A stretch of 58,807 nucleotides of DNA from a virus (IMGVR_UViG_2788500396_000001:64859-123665), one strand, 5' to 3'; positions 1 to 9,256 are shown, counted from the first letter of the stretch. Numbers and translations are program-made. The notes: generated by a model not told the origin, from the letters alone.

Positions 1-602
1 TGCGCCGCCATGATGGCCCGCACGTCAGCCTTGACCATCTGGAGGGTCATGCCCTCGGGCAGGATGGTGCTCACGATGGCGTTGAGTTGGGTCTGGAGCT
101 TGCCGATGCTGGTGCCGTTGAAGTCGTACTCTTCCACGGCCTGGCCGTTGTACTTGCACACAGTCACCTGGGAGCCTTCCTCAGAAAGAGCGCCGCACAG
201 GTTGGCGTGCAGGTTGTGGGTAAAGCGGGCAATCATGCCCACATAACGCTTGGACTGGGCCAAGGTCTGACCCTTGTGAGCCTTGCCATAGGCGGTCTCC
301 ACCTCAGCAAAGGAGACCTGACGGACAGCATCGACCACGGAATACTCGCCGGACTTGCTGTCCTTCTTGACGCGCTTGACGTTGACGAAGGGATCAGCGA
401 TGAAGGCACGGAAGAAGTCGGCGGGAGAGGCCTCAGCGGACTTGACGAAGGACTCCACGGCAGCCGCAATGATAGCCTTGTTTTCGGCCTTGATGGACTC
501 ATTCAGTTCAGCCAAGAACTTGTCAGCGGTGGCCACGTTGCTCTCGGAGTTCAGGGCCTCAATCATCTCATTGATGGACATGGTGGTAGTGTTGGTGTTC
601 AT
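1..602 (-). CDS. hypothetical protein, >200 aa, runs off the window start (MNTNTTTMSINEMIEALNSESNVATADKF...)
   Basis: Hand translation of the minus strand: ATG at 602-600, SD GAAAGGGG upstream, 200 stop-free codons to the edge, strong C/G-ending codon bias. It is absent from the ORF track because it has no stop in the window. Confidence 0.8.
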   Translation of the reverse strand, partial: MNTNTTTMSINEMIEALNSESNVATADKFLAELNESIKAENKAIIAAAVESFVKSAEASPADFFRAFIADPFVNVKRVKKDSKSGEYSVVDAVRQVSFAEVETAYGKAHKGQTLAQSKRYVGMIARFTHNLHANLCGALSEEGSQVTVCKYNGQAVEEYDFNGTSIGKLQTQLNAIVSTILPEGMTLQMVKADVRAIMAA

Positions 603-660
603 AGTTATACCCCTTTCAAAAAAATATGTTGATTATGTAATGGGTCTGTGCTACAATGTA

Positions 661-694
661 AGAAAGCCGGGATTGATGCTATCGCCCCCGGCCT
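661..694 (-). terminator. possible intrinsic terminator or attenuator
   Basis: Minus strand GCCGGG...CCCGGC followed by TTTCT. The U-tract is short. Confidence 0.35.
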
Positions 695-699
695 TGTGG

Positions 700-810
700 C
701 TAGTCTGACTGGGCGTCAATCCAATCCCAAGCGGCGGAATAGGATTCAAACACAATCAGCCGACCACCCACACGGACGCCCCACAGGGCACCCATACGGA
801 AGGGTTCCAT
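700..810 (-). CDS. 36-aa small protein MEPFRMGALWGVRVGGRLIVFESYSAAWDWIDAQSD
   Basis: SD AAGGGGGTG just upstream of ATG 810, TAG at 702-700. Below the ORF-track length cutoff. Confidence 0.5.
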   Translation of the reverse strand: MEPFRMGALWGVRVGGRLIVFESYSAAWDWIDAQSD

Positions 811-832
811 AGTTCACCCCCTTCCCAGCTCC

Positions 833-1404
833 ACCGCCTTCCTGGTCTGATTTGGGCAGACTGGTAGGGCGGTTTTGCTATGTATTGGCGTGTTTGAACA
901 CACCAACCAGCCTATTGTATAGGTTCGTTGCTATGTTCAAACGCTCCCGTCGCGGTCAATCCACCACAGATTACCCCCGGTTGTCTCTGTCCCTCTGTCC
1001 CTACCCTCATCTATCCTCCGCTGGTTTGGCGGAGGGGTAGCACACGCCACGCCCTCAGAGCTTGCACTAATGGCCTAACTCCATTAGTGCCCCTTTGGCT
1101 TGCAATGGCTGGTTTCCCCGTGCGTCGGCCCCGGTTTCTAGGGGACAGCTGTAAAAACGGCTGAACGGTTGCACCGGTACATACATACCAGTTGATTGCA
1201 CCGCCTTGCATACACAAGCCGGATACCGTCCGTCATTCCTTTTTCAAGGTGCATACCGCACATTATGTACCAGTGCGTGCCACTGGTGGGCGTGTCATGT
1301 CGGAGACTCAGCCCGCCGCCGTTCGTATGTGGGGAACGGTACCACTAGAGGGATTCACCCGGATATACCGCCGGGGCCGGTGTGTCAGCCCGTGCCCTGC
1401 TGAC
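833..1404 (-). ncRNA. candidate large structured non-coding RNA (~570 nt)
   Basis: Begins at the predicted +1 of a consensus promoter, has no SD-led ORF and is GC-rich. At least 10 helices are visible by eye, e.g. GCACTAATGG/CCATTAGTGC, CTACCC/GGGTAG enclosing CTCCGC/GCGGAG, GCGTTTGAACA/TGTTCAAACACGC, ACCGCC/GGCGGT, ACCAGTG/CACTGGT. Confidence 0.55.
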
Positions 1405-1410
1405 GGTGCA

Positions 1411-1439
1411 ATCATAGCATGACGGTTAATCGCTGTCAA
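1411..1439 (-). promoter_or_regulatory. sigmaA/sigma70 promoter, leftward
   Basis: Minus strand TTGACA-17 nt-TATGAT with extended -10 TG and an AT-rich UP-like tract. +1 is near 1404. Confidence 0.85.
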
Positions 1440-1959
1440 CAACTATTTTTCAAAAAATCATAAAAAAACCCGCAATCCCTTGCGGCACTAAGAAAAGAAA
1501 TTTTTCAAAATATCCCGTGACACTGTAAAAATCATGAAGAAAAAGGGAGAAACAAGCAATAAATGGTAGAATATGGTAACACGGCGTTTAATTAAGGTAT
1601 ATATTCCATATAGGCGCGAAAAAGTGGGATACCAGACAAGGGGACACCAGACACCAGACAGGGCGCAGGGGATACGGGCAGCATACCATACTAGAAAACT
1701 AGGAATTACCCAGGATGCCATAGCATAGTGAAACGGTAGGGAATAGAGGCCGGGAAAAATGGAACAACAAAACATAATTGGAATAATCAGGGTAATTAGA
1801 ATAATAATGCAAAACAAATGAATAATATGCATTATAGGGAATAGATGGAAACAAAAGGGTAAAAGTGGAAACGTAAACACAAAAGGGAAGTGTAAGCAAA
1901 TGTTTAGAATGTAAAGCGTGATACAATGTATTGAGATTGTAATATGATGGATAATTTGG

Positions 1960-1990
1960 TACTACAGTTGTAGTAGGTTACAGTTGTAAC
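1960..1990. repeat. tandem palindromes with core TACAGTTGTA (operator-like)
   Basis: TACTACAGTTGTAGTA at 1960-1975 and GTTACAGTTGTAAC at 1977-1990. A related ATACAATGTAT lies at 1921-1931. Confidence 0.6.
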
Positions 1991-2601
1991 CGGGCGGGGC
2001 AATTATCGAAAAACAATAAATTAACGAACAACAGTACAATCACTAAACTGCTAGTAAAGTTATGAATCAGCGCTTCAATTTTCGACTAGTGCCAAACATG
2101 AAAATTGAATAAAACAGTGGGGAAGGGGGTATTTTACATACTTTTGATCACTTTTTTCCGAGGAAAACGGGGTAGTACATCTTTTTCACTCACTGTCAAA
2201 TTTTGAACTTTTCCCTATCAAATATCGAACATTTTTCACGGTAAAAACGCTACATCTCTTCTGGCACAACACTTTCAGCGTTTAACATTTTAAAAACATT
2301 TTAAATTGCAAAAAATTGAAACCCTGAATTCCTTCTGCCACAATCGATACACAAAAAAATGTCCGTAAACCTGATGGCTACGGGCAATTTCTTTTTTATG
2401 TGATTATCGAAAACAGTAGTTCTGTAAGCGCTACAGGAACCGCCGAGGTTTCGGTGGTTGATCAATATCGAAAAAATAAAAAAATAAAAAATATATTTTT
2501 ATTTCTACCGGCGACCGGGGCAGTACGTCCGATCGCACCGGGCTGCTGATCTGCGGCTTGGTCAAATTAAACACATAGCGATATAAAAAGTGATATAAAT
2601 A

Positions 2602-2630
2602 TTGACACACAATGGGGGCGGTGCTATAAT
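2602..2630 (+). promoter_or_regulatory. sigmaA/sigma70 promoter, rightward
   Basis: Perfect TTGACA-17 nt-TATAAT with extended -10 TG. It points into the operon that contains the phage RNAP. Confidence 0.85.
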
Positions 2631-2989
2631 TGTAGTATACAAATATTGGATGACTAACATATCTATTGAGTGTGTACGAGCAAAAAAATAATAATTTGCG
2701 GCGAAGCCGCATTTCGAGCGAAGCGAGTCAAAATTCCGGACTCAATTGATTTCCGGAAAACTCTTCTGGATCACCGTTCGTCCATAACAAACATTTTCCC
2801 TGTACGGGCAAAGCGAAGCGATCCGGCGGCGACTTCAGGAGACGCCGTTTTTATAAAATCGGTGATTTCCGGGGGTGAAAAAGGTCCTTGTTATCCGTTG
2901 TTTCGGGACCAGAAAACGAATTCACATAATAAGGTATATATATAATATAAGTAAACCCATTGCGGCACAAGGGATTGAGGGGTGTAAAT

Positions 2990-3025
2990 GTTACGTTTAT
3001 GGGAAAAAACGTCACGTTCATGGGA
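2990..3025 (+). repeat. 15-bp direct repeat, 21-bp period (iteron-like)
   Basis: GTTACGTTTATGGGA (2990) and GTCACGTTCATGGGA (3011), 13/15 identical. Confidence 0.45.
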
Positions 3026-3112
3026 ATTTTACAGTCCTCGAACGATTCGGATTTTTGTTTGTCAAGTGTTTTTTTAAAAATTCTCAAAAAATTTTTAAAC
3101 TGGGGGATTGGT

Positions 3113-4021
3113 ATGGGGAACGCAGAGCAGTTTGAAAAGACTGAAGTTTGGAGAGATGTGGTTGATGGGAGCATCGTCTATCAAAAAACCGAGACCGTCG
3201 ATCAGATACCATACGAGATCCGGCAGAAAATTGATTTCTCGCAGCGCGGCCGTTCTGGGTATAGGCCTGCACCACAGTCAGATGATGAGATAGGAGATGT
3301 CATCGCCCCTTCTAAGAGCATTCAGAGTGGCATCAAAAAGAGAGAGTATATGGCGCTTGAGTTTGGCCCATTCTTTTGGGTACGGTTTCAGAAATACTCT
3401 TTGTTCATGAAAGATTGTAATCCAGCACTTCTTGCGCGGGCATTTTATGTTGGAGTCCATAATAGCAAATGGGATGTGTTCGACTACAGGAAGATTGGAG
3501 TTAAGGGCAGGCCATCAAAAGTAATGGACGCCCTGCAGGAAACTGGCTTGTTTGATGGGCATCCAGATCCGGAGTCTTTTAAGCAGCATGTGATGTGGAG
3601 AGGGAAGATCGGAGATGTTTCGAATGGGAGATGCGGCAAACTGTTTGCCAATCAGTATAAGTCCGCCGTAGAGAGTACGCCGCCGAAGAGGCATGTCTAT
3701 ATTGGACGCATTATACAGTTGATTCCCTTTGTGAACTTATACACCAATGTTCTTTGCCCCGGAGACCAGATTGGAATTAAGAATCATGAGGAGTATTTAA
3801 GAAAGACGGATATTGCCACTCTGTTTGGAGTTAGTAAAACACACTCTTACGAGCTGGTTGATAAGTTATGTGAGATTAGTTTTACTCGGAACGGGAAGAA
3901 AGAGCCGGTTGTTTATCAGACAACGTATGGTGCAAAGAAAGTATTATGCATCAATCCACATTTTTACTACGCGGCTGACATTTTAAAGGGCGATCATATT
4001 TTTGTACCTAAAATGCATTAA
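3113..4021 (+). CDS. putative DNA-binding/replication protein, C-terminal winged HTH (RepL-like)
   Basis: ORF 2960..4021; the SD (GGGGA) favours ATG 3113. The C-terminus has DIATLFGVSKTHSYELVDKL (HTH-like) and CINPHFYY. Confidence 0.5.
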   Translation: MGNAEQFEKTEVWRDVVDGSIVYQKTETVDQIPYEIRQKIDFSQRGRSGYRPAPQSDDEIGDVIAPSKSIQSGIKKREYMALEFGPFFWVRFQKYSLFMKDCNPALLARAFYVGVHNSKWDVFDYRKIGVKGRPSKVMDALQETGLFDGHPDPESFKQHVMWRGKIGDVSNGRCGKLFANQYKSAVESTPPKRHVYIGRIIQLIPFVNLYTNVLCPGDQIGIKNHEEYLRKTDIATLFGVSKTHSYELVDKLCEISFTRNGKKEPVVYQTTYGAKKVLCINPHFYYAADILKGDHIFVPKMH

Positions 4022-4032
4022 GGAGAGATAGT

Positions 4033-4392
4033 ATGACTCAGGATCAGATTAGCATGGCTGATAAGCTATATGAAGACGGCCTCAATGATGTAGAGATTGG
4101 AAATGCATGTGGAGTTTCTTCGAATACAATTCGGTCTTGGAGGCGCAGGACGGATCGTCCGGCAAACTATTTCGGGAAAGAAAAAAATCTCCCAGGAGAG
4201 TGGACGGTATATCTGGCAGCCGATGATACTTTGCTTGCTTTTGGCACCACGAAGGAATGTGCATCGGCGCTCGGTATGTCGTGTGACGCCTTTTACCAGC
4301 TGTGCTCCAGGGCACGTAGGGGAGTGGTAAAAAAGTATTCCGTCTATTATCGAACCGCAAAGGAATTGATGGAAGATGGGGATTCCGCTTAA
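4033..4392 (+). CDS. HTH DNA-binding protein
   Basis: LNDVEIGNACGVSSNTIRSWRRR HTH plus a second ECASALGMS HTH-like segment. SD AAGGAG. Confidence 0.7.
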   Translation: MTQDQISMADKLYEDGLNDVEIGNACGVSSNTIRSWRRRTDRPANYFGKEKNLPGEWTVYLAADDTLLAFGTTKECASALGMSCDAFYQLCSRARRGVVKKYSVYYRTAKELMEDGDSA

Positions 4393-4441
4393 ATACCTAT
4401 ATAAAAAACGATACGATAATTACAAACAAGGAGGTGAGCTG

Positions 4442-4687
4442 ATGGTTCTGGCGATTGTGATTGCAATTGTGTATGTGGTAATTGGGCTGTTGGTTGCGAA
4501 AGCTGAGTATGAATGCTGTTTGTGTTACAGCATTCCAGAAGTAATTTTAACGGTTATTTGCTGGCCTTTTTTCCTTCTGATCATTCTAATCGCTACAATT
4601 ATGGCATTTTTTGTCCAATTATATGTGATTTTTGAGGAAAAATGCTACAAAATGAGAGAAAAACGACGAAAAAACAGCAAAAAATAG
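4442..4687 (+). CDS. small membrane protein
   Basis: SD AAGGAGGTG before ATG 4442; two hydrophobic segments. Confidence 0.7.
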   Translation: MVLAIVIAIVYVVIGLLVAKAEYECCLCYSIPEVILTVICWPFFLLIILIATIMAFFVQLYVIFEEKCYKMREKRRKNSKK

Positions 4688-4734
4688 TGAAAATCAACAT
4701 TTTTTGAGTAATTTTAACGGAAAGGGGGTGGTAT

Positions 4735-4938
4735 ATGATGCGTGCGGACGGGCGACCACCGTTCTCTCCTCCGTGGAATCAAACAGATGAAGAACGAGAA
4801 GAAGAGTATCTCCAAGAGATGAAACGATTATCAATACAAGATTTCCTGTTGGCGGAAGAAGAATATGGCGATGGCAATATTGAAATTGCGGACGATGATT
4901 ATGTGTGGGCTGAAGTAGATTTCTGGAGGTGGACTTAA
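4735..4938 (+). CDS. acidic hypothetical protein
   Basis: 67-aa ORF with SD GAAGGGG, abutting the RNAP gene. Confidence 0.6.
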   Translation: MMRADGRPPFSPPWNQTDEEREEEYLQEMKRLSIQDFLLAEEEYGDGNIEIADDDYVWAEVDFWRWT

Positions 4939-5594
4939 TAGCACTTGATAAGCAAGTCCACTTATATTCTGTCGATACAAAGGCATTTTACACTGATGAA
5001 GAGATGGCGCTCAATCGAAAGATAGATGCAATGAGATACGAGAGAAAACAGATCAAAAAGGTTGTTGATATATGGACTGCATTTATTAGCAAAAAAATAA
5101 CGGAAAAGAAAATGGCGCGGCTTTTAAAGGATGCAAAATATGATGGCGATCCGCTTACGACAGAAATAGTGGATGATTTGAAGCAGCGCTCAAAAGATCT
5201 GATTGACCCAATCAATCAAACAAAGAAAGCGCTGTTGGATAAGCTTGAAATGTATCAGGGGATTCGAACATTTCGCCATGAGTTTTTAAGGGACCGAAAT
5301 GTTATCTCGATCTTTGAATCCGAATTGACCAGGATGGTCGGGATAGAGACCAACACCCTGACAGATGAATTGGTCGTAGTCAAAACGTGCTACTTCAAGG
5401 TACTGAAAGACATCGTTCTAAACGGGTTTCATTTAAACGAAAATCGTTATGTGTGCCTGACGGCTTCGGCGGGGCAAATAAGAACGAAACGTTCACTGTT
5501 CATCAAAGAAGACACTTATCATAGAATCATGGGCCGCCTGATGTGCGGGCTTACGGTTGAAGATATCAATAACCAAGGCGGGATAAATCCGAAT
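4929..5594 (+). CDS. yonO: YonO-like single-subunit RNA polymerase, exon 1
   Basis: LDKQVHLYSVD...TASAGQIRTK...GGINPN resembles the SPbeta YonO N-terminus as I recall it. The frame is stopped by the first intron bases (TAA). The true start may be ATA 4938. Confidence 0.85.
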
Positions 5595-6863
5595 TAACAA
5601 AATGGTTCCTTTACACGGTAACGTGTATCGAAAACGTGGTGAACCCAGAAATCTGGGGTGTGAGGCGAAAGCCTTGCTAACAGGAGAAGCTAAGTAAATT
5701 CACTATATTTTTAAAAAACAATAGGATTGGAGGTGAGACAATAGGAGCATTGATTGATTTAACTGGGCAAAGATTTGGGAGATTGACAGTATTAGAAAGA
5801 GATAAAAGCACAGAAAGCAGCAATAGGACATTATGGAAATGTGTTTGTGATTGCGGCACTATGAAATCTGTATCCTCGCACGCATTAAGATATGGTCTTA
5901 CTAAATCATGTGGATGCCTCAGCCGTGAAATTGCTTCACGCCAAAAAGATTTATCACATATGATCGGCAAAAGGTTTGGAAATCTCACAATCATAAATAG
6001 AGATAAAAATCATATTACTCCGAGCGGCCAAAGCAAAGTCAGATGGGTTTGTTTATGTGATTGCGGGAAAGAAACAACAGTAAATTTTTCAGAGTTAAAA
6101 AGTGGACATACAAAATCATGTGGCTGCATGACAAAAAGGCCTAAAGGGTCTGGGCTTATTGATTTGACTGGCCGTCGGTTTGGGAAACTGGTGGTTGTTG
6201 AAAGAGCGGAGGATTATGTTTATAGAACTGGTTCTAAAATAACAACACTGCCGAGATGGCTGTGTCGATGTGACTGTGGTAATGACGTGGTTGTGCAAGG
6301 CGGAAATTTGAGAAGTGGTGTTACAACAAGTTGTGGATGTCAGAATCGATCTTCCAGAGGGGAACGTTATATTTCAGAGTTTTTGACGGAGCATTGCGTT
6401 AAATTTCTTCGAGAATATTCGTTTGATGATTTAAGAAATAGACATGGGAATTTATTGAGATTTGATTTTGCTATACTGGGCGATAATGACGATATTGTTA
6501 TGTTGGTCGAGTATCAGGGCGCTCAACACTATATTGATTGCGGACTGTTTGGATTGTATCAACGCCAATATAGTGATGCAATGAAGCGAGACTATTGTGA
6601 AGCAAAACAAATCATGTTATACGAGATAAGATATGATGACGACTTGAACAGTTCCCTAAATGTTATGCTTGAGGAAATTAATAAACGAAAATAAATAGTG
6701 AATTTATATGCCAATCTCTGTGCCAAGCCCGTAAGGGAAGGTGCAACGACTAATTGTAGTCGTCCGGTGAAACTCCGGCGGCGAAGCGCCACGCCCCTTC
6801 ATTTGGAGGGTGATGATATAGTCTACTCCCCTAATAAATATCGGGAAACCGAGGGTATTTAGG
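5595..6863 (+). mobile_element. group I intron 1 with homing endonuclease
   Basis: 5' exon ends in U with P1 GAAU/GGUUC (U.G). P7 elements GCAACGACTA and GATATAGTC are present, and the intron ends in G. Removal fuses GGINPN|KYLAYLAL in frame. Confidence 0.9.
5741..6694 (+). CDS. intron-encoded homing endonuclease
   Basis: Three DLxGxRFGxLxV...W.C.CDCG...SCGC repeats, then a Vsr/DUF559-like nuclease domain (LRFDF...VEYQGAQHY). SD GGAGGTG favours ATA 5741; the ORF track starts at TTG 5750. Confidence 0.8.
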   Translation: MGALIDLTGQRFGRLTVLERDKSTESSNRTLWKCVCDCGTMKSVSSHALRYGLTKSCGCLSREIASRQKDLSHMIGKRFGNLTIINRDKNHITPSGQSKVRWVCLCDCGKETTVNFSELKSGHTKSCGCMTKRPKGSGLIDLTGRRFGKLVVVERAEDYVYRTGSKITTLPRWLCRCDCGNDVVVQGGNLRSGVTTSCGCQNRSSRGERYISEFLTEHCVKFLREYSFDDLRNRHGNLLRFDFAILGDNDDIVMLVEYQGAQHYIDCGLFGLYQRQYSDAMKRDYCEAKQIMLYEIRYDDDLNSSLNVMLEEINKRK

Positions 6864-7934
6864 AAATATTTAGCATACCTCGCCTTAAATAATTCTGCCA
6901 CAGATGTATGGAACGAGTTTAATATCAGAAAAACAATTGTGGTTGATGATATGGAAACTGAAGTCATGAACTTGGTTGACTTTATTGATGATAAGACATA
7001 TTCCGTAGAACGGAAGACTACCCCTGTTCCGATTACACATACAGATGGATCTGGGATGGTTCGCCTTGATGTTAGCAGGAAAAACTTTATGTTCCGGGCG
7101 GCTTGGATCAAAGGATTGCTAAACGCATTTCCTTTTGACAAATTTATCCGGGAGGCAAACAGGAAAGATCCGCTTGTTAATCATGGGATCGTTAAAGATA
7201 TTTACGGAGTAGAACACGATATCTTAGCGGAAGACATTCAGGTAATCTTGACGAAGAGTCAGTTTAAACTTTGGAAATATTATGAGTCGTGGGAACAATA
7301 TTGCGACTATTTCGAGCGTTACGGGTGCCAAGCATGCGTATGTAATTTGGAACCAACGCAGTTTGAAAAAGCGAAAATCAACTATCAGATGCTGCAAACT
7401 CTAACTGACCTTACCGATGAAGAGCTACTGAACATCAGCAAAGGAACTCGTACTAAGCTAGAGAACCTTGCATCTGATCGAAACACAATGTTGAAGGTAT
7501 TTGGTGCCACTAAAGAGAATGAGCGCCGGAATGGATTCCAAGAATCGTTGTTGTTATATCCGGAGCTCCTCCAGGATGAATACAGTAAAGAGACGCTTCG
7601 TGAGATTAAAAAGAGCATCGAGAAAGAAGCAAAAGCAGGTAAGCTGGATGTGGATGGATGTTACACGTTTATTGTTCCAGATATGTACGCATTTTGCCAA
7701 TGGTTGTTTTATGGAGACAAAAACCCAAGTGGATTACTAGGAAATGGAGAAGTGTATTGCCCACTGTTTGCTGGAGGGGTAGAGCTGGATTGTCTGCGAA
7801 GTCCTCACCTGTATGTGGAACACGCAGTTAGAACCAATATGGTTGGGGCTGATCATGAACTCGGCCGGTGGTTTAAAACCAATGCTATTGTAACAAGTGT
7901 CCATGATGTTATAAGTAAGATTTTGCAATTCGAT
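6864..7934 (+). CDS. yonO: YonO-like RNA polymerase, exon 2
   Basis: In frame with ORF 6939..7937. Contains TDGSG and LRSPHL motifs of the two-barrel RdRP/YonO family and ends ...ILQFD. Confidence 0.9.
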
Positions 7935-8260
7935 TAGTTCGTCGCGGTCGAACCCATAGGGAAACCATGGGATATAAAACAACGAGAACTCGGACATCCG
8001 AGGTGTCGCTCTGACGGTAGGCTCCGCAGGAAATGGCGGATAGCAGGGCGGCTAACAGGGGACGTGAGAGCTATCCTGTGACGAGCCTTGCCAGCAACCT
8101 ATGGTAAGGAAGTTGCATCGACTATGGAAAGGGGAGCTGTTGTCCGTGCGGGGCAATAGCAAGACTGAGTACAGTAGGCGTGTGGTGAAATTCCTCGCGC
8201 CGAAGCACGTTGGGCCTAAACGGGAAACCGCATGGCTATGATATAGTCAGTATCTCTATG
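7935..8260 (+). mobile_element. group I intron 2 (326 nt, no ORF)
   Basis: P1 UUCGAU/GGUCGAA with U.G at the splice site; 8-bp P10 between UCGUCGCG and exon UGCGACGG. P7 elements GCATCGACTA and GATATAGTC are present, and the intron ends in G. Confidence 0.9.
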
Positions 8261-9256
8261 TGCGACGGAGACAAGTCCTTGGTGGTTCAAGATCCTGATA
8301 TTGTGCAGGCAGCGAAGCGTAATACAGAAAAGATTGTCCCTTTGTATTACGAGATGAAGAAAGCTGGCGCACAGCCAATCACCAAAGAAAATATATATGA
8401 CAGTATGATTCTGGCCTATGTCGGAGGAAATATTGGTCAGATATCAAACGATATTTCGATTATCTGGAACGAAGAAAGTTGCGAAAATAGACTTGACGTA
8501 GTGAAACTTCTTTGTATGGAGAATAATTACACTATTGATTTTGCAAAAACTCTTTATAAGCCTGTGCGCCCTGACCAAATACACTCTATGATTCATCGGT
8601 ACACGAAGAAGAAAGTTCCTCACTTTTTTGTGTATGCAAAAGATAAGACTGAAGCACAGGTAGAGCCAATTAACAGCAGCCCCGTAAATCGACTTGAATA
8701 TATTATTCCAAAAATAAAGATGGATTTTAAAACGCAATCTCTTGGAAAGTTTGATCCTAAGATGTTAATGCGTGAAAGTATCGTCCCGACGAACGATATT
8801 ACCCAGAAGATTATAGAGACTTATGGGACGATGTCTAAGTCTGATGCGATGAAGGCTGGGCGTGATGAGCGCGGGGTTCCGAGAAGCTTATATGGATATC
8901 AAAAAATTATCGACTCGCTTTTGGAAATTTGCAATGACATTTATTTTGTGACGGATGTTTTAATCAAAGAACTGTTTATCCGGAGAAAGAGCAAACGAAA
9001 GAATATCTTTTGGATGTGCTTTGGCGATATTGTTGCTGAGAATATTAAGCGGAACATTGGCAGAAAAACTGGAATGTGCGTAAAGTGCGGAGCTCGTTTT
9101 TATCGAGAATCCAATAGACAGGTAATGTGTAAGTCGTGTGCTGCACAAAGCCGGAAGATATCTAATCGAATGGCACAACGCAGAAAAACCGCAAAAAAAT
9201 CAGCATTTAAGAAAATTCCTGAAACCGTTGTGGCACAGCAGGTGTATGGAAAATAA
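8261..9256 (+). CDS. yonO: YonO-like RNA polymerase, exon 3
   Basis: Starts CDGDK, so splicing restores LQFD-CDGD (DxDGD). C-terminal CxxC...CxxC ribbon. The spliced product is ~910 aa. Confidence 0.9.
   Translation, partial: CDGDKSLVVQDPDIVQAAKRNTEKIVPLYYEMKKAGAQPITKENIYDSMILAYVGGNIGQISNDISIIWNEESCENRLDVVKLLCMENNYTIDFAKTLYKPVRPDQIHSMIHRYTKKKVPHFFVYAKDKTEAQVEPINSSPVNRLEYIIPKIKMDFKTQSLGKFDPKMLMRESIVPTNDITQKIIETYGTMSKSDAMKAGRDERGVPRSLYGYQKIIDSLLEICNDIYFVTDVLIKELFIRRKSKRKNIFWMCFGDIVAENIKRNIGRKTGMCVKCGARFYRESNRQVMCKSCAAQSRKISNRMAQRRKTAKKSAFKKIPETVVAQQVYGK

Noticed and set aside
87-708. Plus-strand ORFs 10..246, 87..632 and 355..708
   Set aside because: Antisense shadows of the codon-biased minus-strand gene 1..602, which has the SD.
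852-1422. Short ORFs on both strands in the structured region
   Set aside because: No SD, no coding-like composition, and they overlap each other; better explained as non-coding.
1488-1926. Hydrophobic minus-strand ORFs (130 and 75 aa)
   Set aside because: Artefacts of the purine-rich plus strand, which gives Phe/Leu/Ile-rich frames; no SD.
2960-3112. N-terminal extension of the 353-aa ORF
   Set aside because: It runs through repeat and poly-A/T sequence; the SD lies before ATG 3113.
6704-7141. Minus-strand ORFs across the RNAP and introns
   Set aside because: Shadows of exon 2 and the intron core.
8210-8260. N-terminus MGLNGKPHGYDIVSISM of ORF 8210..9256
   Set aside because: It is intron 2 sequence (P8, J8/7, P9) that happens to be in frame.
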